Positions 14,159-25,177 of a stretch of 64,000 nt of DNA are shown here, in pieces. The translations under genes were made by a program, and so were the position numbers. The notes under the pieces are model-generated. The model did not search any database. It was given only the letters and a program-made list of their open reading frames with translations, and was not told the DNA's origin. Positions within the stretch are counted from its first letter, which is position 1; each line of letters begins with the position of its first letter. Source of the DNA: Anthoceros angustus (taxonomy: Eukaryota > Plantae > Anthocerotophyta); contig VJWM01000235.1 in NCBI GenBank assembly GCA_010909165.1, positions 124,001 to 188,000 on the forward strand. Reading direction: 5' to 3'.

Positions 14159-17100
14159 GATGAAAGACCCGCCACTTATCAACTCCAAATTACAAGGCCA
14201 GGCATATGTTCTCATAAAGCTGGCCACGCCAATCGCTTTCCTAAGGTGCAATCGTTATATCTAGAACGAGCCCATCTACAGCCCATCCCGCCACTGTAGA
14301 GATCTAGGATATTATCGATGAAGGGCAGCTTAAAGTGATCCTTCTTGGTGACTTTATTCAACTTTCGCGCCCCGCAATCTTGATTTTACCCGGTCAGCTC
14401 TTAGTGTACCACCACGATTGGAGCCACCCACTTGTTGACTATAGGATAGATCACGTCCGGGCCTTTGAGGTATGTACCCAACCGTCCTTGGACCTTGAGG
14501 GAGTATCTCTCGATTTAACTTGTACCGCGAATCCTTATCGATTGCTCCTGGCTCCAAGTCAATCTTATGCTCGCCCCACTCCTTGGGGATACCCTTCATG
14601 TCGGTTACCTCAAAGGCGAAAACATCGATGAATTCTGCAAGCAGTTGCTTCATGCCTTCCTCCAACGCCGCATCCATTGTTCTAGAGAATTTGAGTACTT
14701 TCCCTGGAAGAACCTCAACATCCTTAACTTCATCTCCGCTCGCACTCCACTCACGCCCATCAAAGGTGTTGATGCCGAACCTTCTTCCGCTCCCGCGTTC
14801 CTCTTCGCATGCCCCTCTATCAAACAGATCCTCCGGTGAAAACTGCCTGCTTCTTCCTCCTTATCCGTTGTTGCCCTTCGCTTCCTCCTTCATTCCAGCA
14901 GCCTATGGTTACCCTGCAATGTACCACCGCATTGATCATGTGGAATATCTCGCGATAATCCTGCTCCTCACCGTAAATGAGATGTAAAGGAAATTTGTCT
15001 TCTTGTTCCGCTTTCTCCGCGTGTCTGGAGGTGTATCCTTCGCTTCCGCTGGGGTCTCAACAGACATGTCCTTACTCCAAGTTAGGCAAATCCTACCTTC
15101 CTTGGTCTTAGGGTCCCACCCAAAGGGTTTAAATCCGACTTTTTCTTCCCCATTTGAGTGTGCATTGAGATCCATACATCCAAGTTCACCAATTAAAACA
15201 CGCTATACCACTGCCACTTGTGCTTGATGACCACATAATCCATTAGATAGGGATGGTTCCAATGATCGTAACATGCTCCGCTGGCCTCCCCATCGCACCA
15301 TTCTCGACATATCCGCCAACCGCAAAACCTGTCAGATGTTCGATTTCCAACCCCAATTTTCCGGCCGCTTCCTCCGCTATGATATTCACACCGACCAGAC
15401 GAGGTACCCTTTTATGATGCATCCCGCAATCTCTACTGAGTTCCGCTGCCCTTGGTCAACCATGGATACTAGATTGACAAAGAAGTGGCCTTGGTCCCGC
15501 TTAGAGGCACGCTTTCTGGGCTGGGCTTCCTTCAATGCCTCCCGACCGCCGCCTATACCGTGGGTTGTCTCGGAGAGTTGTCCGATGATCATAAAATGCT
15601 GATCCATGATGGCCTCCGCTAAGTTAAAGGAAGCACCTTCTTTGCTTGCCCGCCGCTTACGGTTTGTAGATCAGCTAGGCTTCGAGGCACGGTGGCTCTC
15701 TCTGTGGGTATGACTCGGTGGGGCGGTGTATTGAGAGCATCCACCCTCCACCTCGTGGCCTTCTTGCCTCCTCCCCGGATATCATCCATAACCTCTTCCG
15801 CACGTCGTGGAAATCCTAACCCATTTTTCTCCGCCATGAGCCTCGAGGAAGCTTGTAAAGTTCTACGACTATGTCCGTCGCGATTCCTTTTCTGTTTGAA
15901 TTTCCACCCTCGCCATTTGGAACACTCAGATCTCACACTGCATTCACCGCCAAATTGGTTCGTCTGCCAAGTGCCGGATGCGCTGGGTCCGCTCCACGAG
16001 CCTTCGCAAATTTTGATTTCCTCGCTTGACGCGTGAGATACGCCCTCTCATCCGACCCTCGTGGCCGATCTCTCCTCCTTCCTTCTTTTCTTTCCCCACG
16101 CCTCTCCTTAGCTTTTGAGCCCGCTGCTCGACGACCCATGTATGCCTCCCCATAATAATCACTATCCGTGGTACTCTAAACCTCTAAGCTCGTTAGGTCT
16201 TAATCTTGGGCCCCTCCCCATAGCCATCAACGCTTTTCTACATGCATGGCGTACGGAACTCTTGGCTCGGAGCCACCGAACTTCACACCGGTGGTCGCGC
16301 GATCTCGACGCTTTTCGGGTTTTGGCAAAGTACGCTCCGCCAAATGCCTCGCCGCTTGCAATCTTTACGCTTATCGAAATCTCCATTGCTCTGCCGAGTT
16401 GGATAAGGCAGTATGCATAGTGTCCAAGGTTGTAGAGTACGTGTGATGCTCATCGATTATTACCCGCCACCGATTTAACGCCTACGCCGGAATTTCGTAA
16501 GTTGGAGGGATACATAGTCTTCTGCACACCCGATTTGACTGCATTTCCTTTAATTTGGTATGTATCTCCACAGTGGTATCTTCCTCTCCCCTGTATATCC
16601 GAGCGTATGCACTCTGTTGCGGGCGCTTAGCCTCGAATGACCCTCCGTTGTCCAGACGCTGAACAAGAGGTTAGCCCGTGACTCTGTACGCGCCTCCTTC
16701 TCGTGTTCCTCCTTACTGCTGCTAAGATGGAATTCTCTCAAATTTTGCTATCATCTCCTCCATCTTGTTTCCTTGTTCCACTCTCTTGGCTCGCCTCCCC
16801 GCTCCGCATCCTTTTTGCATACATCTTGTTTCGCCTTGCCGCCTCTTGTTGTCCTGCATGCGACCTTTTCATTTTTTCTGCCTAGCGGCCTCATCTAATC
16901 CGGCGACGCCCTCTCGAACTGCCATCACTGCTTCTTCCTCCGTGGAACTTTCGTGGAATCTTGTGGAGCTCTTCACCGATGAACTTTCTTCCGAGGAGGA
17001 TGAGGAATCCTTCTTTTTTTCCTGTCTTCCGGCTTCCTCCCCTCCTTCCTTAGCTCTCTTTATATCATGGTTAGACTTCCCGCACAATTTAGCGCCTGAT

Positions 17101-18142
17101 AGCCTTGCCTGCACTCTTCTCCGCTTGCAGCCTTACGCGGTTTCCCCATCTAGAACCCTGTGCCTTTAGCTAACCATCGCAATGGCCTCGCAACTCAATG
17201 AGGGCTACTTTGATTCACGTAAGCCGTGAAACCCTCAACATACGCCTGTGCTCTTCCTTCCTCTCCTCGCAATTTTCAAGCTGGGACAACACGATCTCTC
17301 TCACGCTGCCTCCCCAAACCTCCTCGCTGCATAAGCCACCCTCAAAGGGCCGGAGGTAATGACTTGGAGGTATCTGCTACCATACCACTTTTTTTCACGA
17401 CCTCCTCAAGAACACTATAGGAACAACAATGCGCCAGGTATCACCCGCTCGATTTGCAAATGTCACTACCAAAACGCCAACAACGGCATCGGGGTGATCC
17501 TCATACCCTTCCTCTCCATACAATGGGTAAGGTTGCTTGGTGAGACTCACCACCCACTGCAGGACATGACTACTGTGTTGATTCAAAGAATTGCCTCGGA
17601 AGTTGACTGACTACAGTCAGCCGCATACACCGAAGGGAGGTCAAGACAGATTGACTGGTTCCTTGGCCGGTACCTTGTCCGTAACTCCGAGATTGGGGCT
17701 CTTGTTCGACAAGACTCAGTTCCCTGATCCTCGTTGATTCCTTTACCTTTTCCCTTCCACCGGTGCGCCTTCCGATTGATTCTCCTCAACTCCCGGCCAT
17801 TTTTTCAATCTTTCCAGCTGGGCCTGCTGCCGCTCACTCCGAGGCTTCTCTTCACTGACCCTACCACTCAAGGCGCTTGATCACAAGAATCGTGATGTGA
17901 TGGTACCCCAGCATATATAGACACTTTCTATTTCTACCATTACTAAAACCTAAGGACTCCATTTCCACCCACCTATCCGGGTAAAACCTAAGGTCCAAAA
18001 AAGAAAATTATTATCCCAAGGGCCAAGGACCGCTCGAGAAGACCTTACCAGCGATTCTCAAAGCACTTTGCTATACAAACACTCCCAAAACAAAACAAAA
18101 AACTGCTCATCCCGACATCAGGGGCACATATGGTCTTCCACA
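14159..18142 (-). mobile_element. Gypsy element A, 5' part (truncated 5' LTR, gag, protease, start of RT)
   Basis: The reverse complement is colinear with 6800-10420 of element B (e.g. 'MDAALEEGMKQLLAEFIDVFAFEVTDMKGIPKEWGEHKIDLEPG'). LTR start TGTGGAAGACC at 18142. LTR homology stops at ~17905 and joins gag directly, so most of the 5' LTR and the PBS are missing. Confidence 0.9.
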
Positions 18143-21100
18143 AGGACATCCCCACTTCCTCCTCCTGCCTCAACGGGAGCACAAGGCAGCAGAGATGGCC
18201 TCAGAGCGGGAGCCGGGCCCGCCCGACAGATCACCGCCAGCCCACGACGGCAGCTCACCGAGCCCCGACGGACTGTGGGATCAAGAGGCTGAAGACGGTG
18301 CCACCCGCCAACGCACACCGGACGGCGCCTGTGTCTTGCCCCGCCAACGGAGTGGCAAGAAGTCAAGAGGCGAGAAGGAAGGGACGCCCAAGGAGCGGAG
18401 GCCATCGCAGCCCACCGGAGTCCCTGCCTCCGACGGGAGAGGCAAGAGGGTCAGCCCCAACCCCTCACCCTCCGAGCCCTGTGGAGAAAGAGGCAAACAA
18501 GGAATCATGCCAAGAGGGCCAAGAGGTGAGGCTCCTGACCAAGACTGTGACCTAAGGGTCCCGATTAGGTCCGAGAGCCCAGCCCGACTCGCCCGGATCA
18601 AGGTATGGAGGTCCTGGCGGACCGAGAGATGCCCGCCCACAACGGACTTCTGGGGCCTCACTGGCGCCTGTGGAAGAGACACGGTGGTCCTGCTACCATC
18701 ATGGATTATGCCTGGGTCTCGGACGGCCGAGAAGACCCAGGAGGTGGAGGCCACAAGGAGGCGCATGGTGCTCCTCCAGGAGCAGATGGAGGCGGCCCAG
18801 GAGGCGAGGAGGAAGGCGGAAGCTCTCGGCCGCATCGAGGAGGGAAGCGCCGGAGGCCGGGGAAGTCCGTCCATTCGACAGATCGACTAAGTTTCTTCAC
18901 CGGGTGAGCACAAGGTGCAGAGGCCCAAGCACGGGCTGAGGATCTCTGCCGACGAAGGAGGGAGGCGCAGCAGGAGGCGGAGAGGGCTCGCGACCTGGCT
19001 GAGGCGGCCCGCCGCCCAACATCGACTCAGCCGAGGCTCACCAAGGCGCAAGGAAGCTGGGCGAAGGTCGACCGGGATCACTATCGACGTGATCGGAACC
19101 GGTGGAGGGAGACGGCTGGGGTAGCCGCGGCCAACCTGAAGGCCGAGCAGGCGGCAGCGGAGCAAGCACGGTCGAGCCGTGAGGAGGCGCTGGAGGTCAG
19201 CACCCGGGAGAGGGGACCTCAGGGTGCAGCTGCAGGAGGTAGAAGGGCGGCGGCAGGAGCTGGAGGACAGCAAGGATACCTTGGAGCTGCAACTCCAAGA
19301 CGCATCGGAGCAGCAGGGGGTTCTCAACGAGAGAATCCAAGACTTCGAGCGGGAGATAGAGCGCCTCCAGCTCCGCTTGAAGACGGAGGAGAATAGGCGA
19401 CGGTGCAAGGAGTTCGACGTCGCGAGGCTGCAGCAGGAGGTGGAGGAAGCCAGGAGTCGGACGGGGATACCGGCCCGCCTGGAGAAGGAAGTGGCGGACC
19501 TCCGGGAAAGGATAAACGGAGGGAAGAAAGCACTGGAGGAGAAGCAACGGCTGCTCGTCCGGTTACAGGAAGCAGAGGGGGAGCTCAGCTCCATGGCCCG
19601 CAAACTGGCAGCGGAGCTGGAACAACGACGGGAGGAGGAGAACGTCGAGCAGCAGCGAAGGCTGCAGGAGGTGACGGAGGCCGCCTTGACGGCATCAAGG
19701 GAGTCCGCCCGCTGCTGGCCAAGCTTGGCCACGGAGACGGGGCAGCCGACAACATGCCCACCGAGCACCTCCGAGGAGGGAGTACGGTGCCCGGCTCATG
19801 GAGGAGGCGATTCAACAAGTCGATTCCGACTACTACCACGCAGAGCTCCTCAAGGCTCTGAGGTCCCGCGCCACCCCAGGTGGAGGGCGGACTCTGCAAG
19901 GGTCGGAAGGAGGAGCGAGGAGGAAGGACTGGGGACAGCAGCCCACGGGGACCCTAGGAGCTGCTTGATGACGAGCAGCAGCGCGAGGGAGAGCTGGAGG
20001 AGCCTGGAGGAAGGGTCACTACACCGAGGTAAGCACTCGACCCGCACTGGAAGGAAGGGAGGAGGACCTGGGAGGCCGTGGAAGGCGAACCGGGCACTGG
20101 GAACCAAGGGAGGGCCTGTGATGAGCCCGTGATCGCCCGTGAGGAGGCGTAACCAGAGGTGGGTCCGGACTTTGTCCGGACTCGAGGAAAGGCCGCTCCC
20201 AAGTCCGCCCTCAAGGAAGTCCGACTTAGAGATCCAGACTTAGTGACGAGACGACCCCGAGGTCCTGACCTGTGGAAGGGTTGGGTCCAAGACCGACCTC
20301 AGAGGCAAGTCCGGACCCCGAGGTCCGAACCCGTAAAGAAGGCGGACACAGTGGACCGGACTCAGAGGGAAGACTGACCTAGAGGTCCTGGAGTCGAGAC
20401 GGGGTCCCGAGGTCCACTGTGAGTGGGGAGAGCCACCAATCACCCCAACAGATCCATTTGAGGGCCTGCGCAGGGCCCGCCAGAGAGATAAGAGAGGAGG
20501 GAGGAGGACTTAGTGGTGACTGCTGTCGCCGCCGCCGGTAGCGCACTCGATGCACTGGGAGAGGAAGGGTCTACCGCGATCATCCGATTGGGTGCGCCGC
20601 AATGCCGCTGGGTGCCGGCCAGAAGAGGAATCAGGGGCCATCCCACCACCACCGACCGGAGATAGGAGGAATAGGGAGAATAGGCGGCCGATTAGGGGCA
20701 ACCGAGCTGGCCCTCACGTAATAGAGGTGTAATAAAGGCGCCGACCTTCGCGAGTATAAGAGGGCCGAGCCCGAGTAAATCATCTTCTTGGTGTTGATGC
20801 CGCTTCGCACTTTGTGCGCCTTCTTGCTAACGTGAGTCCCGAGTCATCGAAAGGTGCACACCCGGAGAGATCGATCAAGGTCCCGTGACGGACCCTAACG
20901 TGGTGGTGTGTGCGGTGGAAGAGCGATCGGGACCCTTGTTCGCCCGTGAGCAGCCGCCGGCCGAACGGACCGAACGCGAGCCGGAGGAACTCCGGAGGGC
21001 GCAGAGTCTTGACGAGAGGCCGCAGAGCGACGGAGGAGGTCCGGACTGCAGCCACTCGCTTTTCCCAAGGTTGATGAGTGTAGTAAGAGGTGAGAGGAAC

Positions 21101-21346
21101 GGACTAGAGGAACGAGTGACGTGAACGATACGGACGCAAACGGGTCCTTAAACGCTTCACACCGGCCCGCTCGTGTGGACGCCAGAGTTAGAAAAATGAC
21201 GATGTGTGTGGTCCGAACGGTCACAAAGTGAGGTGAGAATCGATTGAACGCTGCAAACGGAGCCTATCACTCTTTGGGAGCGGACTTTACTACAACGACA
21301 CGGGATTGTGCGCGCCCGGCTGGCCATCAGCGAAAGTCGCGCCACA
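18143..21346 (+). mobile_element. LTR-retroelement fragment C with a frameshifted coiled-coil ORF followed by an LTR-like promoter region
   Basis: GC-rich E/R/Q/L heptad ORF pieces (18195-18890, 19179-20132), then non-coding sequence with GTATAAGAG at 20754 and a CA end near 21346 where Copia sequence begins. The right boundary is approximate. Confidence 0.55.
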
Positions 21347-24030
21347 CTTGTAAACATAGATGATTTCGACTGGTGATGACCCACCACGACGAATTTACAA
21401 AAGAGTCGATCCAAATCTAGAGGTATTTAAAGTTGCTGTTCCAGATGTACCAATTTTTCCTCGTCGATCTGCACGAATTCATCGTCCTAGGTCCGAGTGG
21501 TTAGATCCACCATATGAACTCGTGATAGCTTGGTTTCTCGCAGCTGAATAACAATCCACAAAGATCGTGTCACTGCTTTAGCTAGCACAATAGCATCATC
21601 TATATTTGATCCACCGACACTTGACCTATCGGAAGCATTGTCTGGGCCCCAAAAGGCGAATGGAAAAGGCAATAGACTCGAATACAACAACATCATAATA
21701 ACACATGGGAAATGGTAACCTTACCCGCTAATCGGAAGCCAATAACCTCAAGTGGGTATTTAAGCTTAAGCTTCACCCAGATGGTTCTCAGTGGCATGCT
21801 ATAAAGCCCAGGCAAGAGGCTACACCTGTGCACAGGCCTTGACTACACCGAGACCTTTAGCCCAATGGTCAAGCCCTTCCACCTCGATGCGCATCCTCCC
21901 ATGTTATGTCAGAAGAAACAAATTACTTGTCCATCAAATGGACGTTAAAACGGCATTTTGAATGGGGATCTCACAGTAAACTATCTACATGAATGAGCCC
22001 GAGGGATATATCACCGCTCAACCAAGGTACATGTCATCCGCTCAAATCCATCTATGGTTTGAAACAACAAGACGGATGTGGAATGCAAGCGAGATAAGAA
22101 ACTCCGCAAGCTAGGGTTTGTCCCTCTTCTGTGGATTGCAGCAGATATATGTCTTGCAAAAGACCGACAAGATACGTATCATCGCACTCTATGTGGATGA
22201 TAATTTTATGTTGCCAATGATCAAGAGATCCTCACCTATATTAAGAAGGAGTTGTCGAGCATGAGTGGGACATGACGGACGCCCGTTGAAATTTGCCCTA
22301 GGAATCCTTCCTATTCGATCCCGCAATCAATGCGGTGTATACATCAATCTCATTTTATCAGACGTAACCAAGTTTAACTTACGATTGAATCCGGGCCCAC
22401 CCTTGTATCAACTAGTGACAATGTCAATTGAGGATTGCCCATCCACCGTGAAAAGGCTATATTGTGATCCCATACCGAGAGTTAGTAGGAAGCTTTGCTT
22501 TATCTCGGCTGCGTTGACACGACCGACATTTCCAGCGTAGGCATTGTATCCCGTCGCAAAACCAGATGCGGAAGCATTGGGTAGCAGTAAAGAAATCTGC
22601 GCTACTTGAAAGGAACTCGGACATATACCTCAAATATCTGAGATGGCGTAGCACTCTTACCTCTCATATTCGGGATGCGCGGTGGGATGTGGACTCGAGA
22701 AAATCGATTGCATATTGTGTACTTTTTGTGGTTCGCCATTAGTTGGCGATCGAAGAAATTATCTACCGTCGACCTATCATCTACCGAGGCTGAGTATGGC
22801 GCCCTATCCTTGGCTGCACGAGAGATCACATGGGTGCGTCAGTTTCTGGACGGTATTCAATGGAAGCAGCCTGGTGCAACCCTTTTGCAATGTGACAATC
22901 AGTCGGCTATCGCACTCACTGCCAACCCTATTTTGCACGCTCGATCAAAACATATTGAAATACAGTTTCATTTCATCCGACAGGCGGCAGAGATGGGCAC
23001 AATCAAGCTACAGTATGTGCACACTTCAGTGAATGTAGCGGACTTGCTGACAAAAGGATTACCTAAGGCAACTCACGAACAACATAGTGTGTCACTGGGA
23101 TTAACAAGACCAGCAGCATCGACTTATCTTAATCAGCATGCGCCAGCATCAGCTCAGCATGCCCCCACAACTTCATGATCAAGGCAGTGCGAGTGAGCTG
23201 CAGCGGTAGCTAGCAGTTCGCAGCAGCGCATTGGCATCCACGCAAGGCACACCTCCTGTGTGTAACGCACAGTTTGTGCTCTGCCACTGGTGTTAGACCT
23301 GCTTCACACACGCGCGCACAAAGATCAGTCGTGGATGAAGCATAAAGGTAATCAAGTCAGGACTCTCACAACTTCACTTCCACCATAGCCATACCACTGC
23401 TGCAGGTTTGAGAAGGGTTGTCGGGAAGGGGCAGTTTGCACGCCGCCCTGAAGACAGCAAGTTCGACCTCCCTCGCCACTTTGGAAGTAGCGCGCGCAGG
23501 GCCAGTCAACTTGTGCTTTCGACTTCCTCTCGCATCCTCAAATCCAGCTTGCAGCGGTTTTCCATCTTCATAGTTCGGCTCTTCCGGCACCGGCTTTCGA
23601 GCTCATCGAGCTTAGGAGGAGGCGATGCAAGCAAGATCGCTGTGGCAAGCTCTAGCGAGGAAATGATCACGCATGCGCAAACCATCGCGAGCGCAGACCA
23701 ACGCTCACGCACCCGAGCGTTAATCGTGGAGATAGCGTTTGGTGTTTCGCCTCGAGCCGCCACTAATGGATAAGGTCAGTTAGGTCCGAGGGGGCGTGAA
23801 TGCGCATGCTATGTATACTAACTCGTGGTTATGAATGATCACGGGTTAACTAACGTGAATAACGCCTCAATAGGTTATTAAGTTATTAGGTTAAAAATGC
23901 TTACACTCACTTTTCTTTATTGTTTCATTGAACCCTAAGTGCGCTTATCTTTTTCGCCATCCGCACTGCTCAAGCGCCTCGCTTTTTGTTGCCACTCAAG
24001 CACGCATGGTGATATCTAATCCACTTTACG
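21347..24030 (+). mobile_element. Ty1/Copia retrotransposon 3' half: RT, RNaseH, PPT and start of 3' LTR
   Basis: Motifs 'LDYTETFSP', 'HQMDVKTAF', 'SIYGLKQ', YVDD at 22190-22201. ORF 22675-23178 'AISWRSKK...SSTEAEY...CDNQSAI...HARSKHIEIQFHFIR...ADLLTKGL'. PPT GAGGGGGCG at 23788-23796 followed by TG at 23797. Confidence 0.93.
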
Positions 24031-24248
24031 TGTCACCCCCAAGCGCCCTAATCCCTTCTACCGCTTCACGCTCTGGAGAAGTGGTCACAGCACTGCAACC
24101 CCACAAACCCTCCGGCTCCAGAGCCTCTGGGATGGCTTCCACCTGAAGATGTCACCCCCAAGCGCCTCCCAATCCTCCTACCGCCCACGCCTGGAGAAGT
24201 GGCCGCAGCCCTGAACCCCACAGCCCGCTCCAGCAGCCTCCGTGGATG
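24031..24248 (+). repeat. ~120 bp tandem repeat (2 units; third unit at 29947-30060), left part of an interrupted LTR-like sequence
   Basis: The unit GTCACCCCCAAGCGCC...GGAGAAG...AACCCCAC...GCTCCAG..GCCTC occurs at ~24032, ~24151 and ~29965. The array is split by the 24249-29946 insertion. Confidence 0.75.
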
Positions 24249-24793
24249 TGCTATGATACTAATCTTGACTTGGGTTTAGTGTTTGATTAGCATTAATTAA
24301 TCTAATTACTTATCTTTAAGTAAGTAATTAGTGTTAATTAATCTAAAGTGCTTATGTTAATTAAGCATTGATTAGTGTTAATTAATCTAATGTGCTTATG
24401 TTAATTAAGCATTGATTAGTGTTAATTAAACATGGTTAGCAATAGCTAAGTGGATAAGCTCAAGTAATATGCTTTGGCATATTCCTTGCATATTATAGTG
24501 TATTCTTAGGATACAATAGCTATGGATAAGCTCAAGTAATATGCTTTGGCATATTCCTTGCATATATATATAGCCGGATGCCAATAGGATATCTTAGGAA
24601 TATGCCGATGCCAGGTCTAGTATATATAGACCCTTCCATTGAGGACAAGCTCGATCATAGCTTGTCCTCTAGATATGCAATGCAAGAGCGTTGTGAGGAG
24701 GCCAAAGCTATGACCGAGAGCGATGTGAGGAATTTGCGTTGTTCTCGTGGGGAGAGTGTGTTTGTGCCACGACGGCGAGCTACTCCGTTGTTA
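24249..24793 (+). repeat. AT-rich LTR family D, copy 1 left part (continues at 29235-29322)
   Basis: Nearly identical to 29330-29855. Has internal sub-repeats and TATATATA at 24621. The remaining segment TTGGTTGCACC...CTCGCGACA resumes at 29235. Confidence 0.85.
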
Positions 24794-24935
24794 CAAGCTA
24801 TGATCTCCAGTACGCTAGATAGGCCGTGCTAGGCTTAGTGTGATGCTAGGCGATGCTAGGCGACAGGTGACGCGAGGCTATGCTCTACAAGTAGGCAAGG
24901 CCCCAGTGTGCCCAGGCTTGAGGCCCAGAGAGGGA

Positions 24936-25177
24936 CCAAGCCCAAGGCGAGGCGAGAGGAGGCGCCCAAGTCCAAGGCCAAGGAGAGGAAGAAGCCCAAG
25001 TCCAAGGCCAAGGAGAGGAGAAGCCCAAGTCCAAGGCCAAGGAGAGGAGGCGAAGAAGCCAAGCCCAAGGCCAAGGAGAGGAGGCAAGAAGCCCAAGTCC
25101 AAGGCCAAGGAGAGGAGGCAAGAAGCCAAGTCCAAGGCCAAGGAGAGGAGGCGAAGAAGCCCATACCAAGGAGAGGA
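24936..25177. repeat. Purine-rich minisatellite inside the LTR-like region
   Basis: About 7 copies of AAGCCCAAGTCCAAGGCCAAGGAGAGGA(G..), unit 30-39 bp. Confidence 0.9.

Noticed and set aside
18887-19768. 293 aa Ser-rich minus-strand ORF
   Set aside because: Antisense reading of the Glu/Gln-rich coiled-coil ORF.
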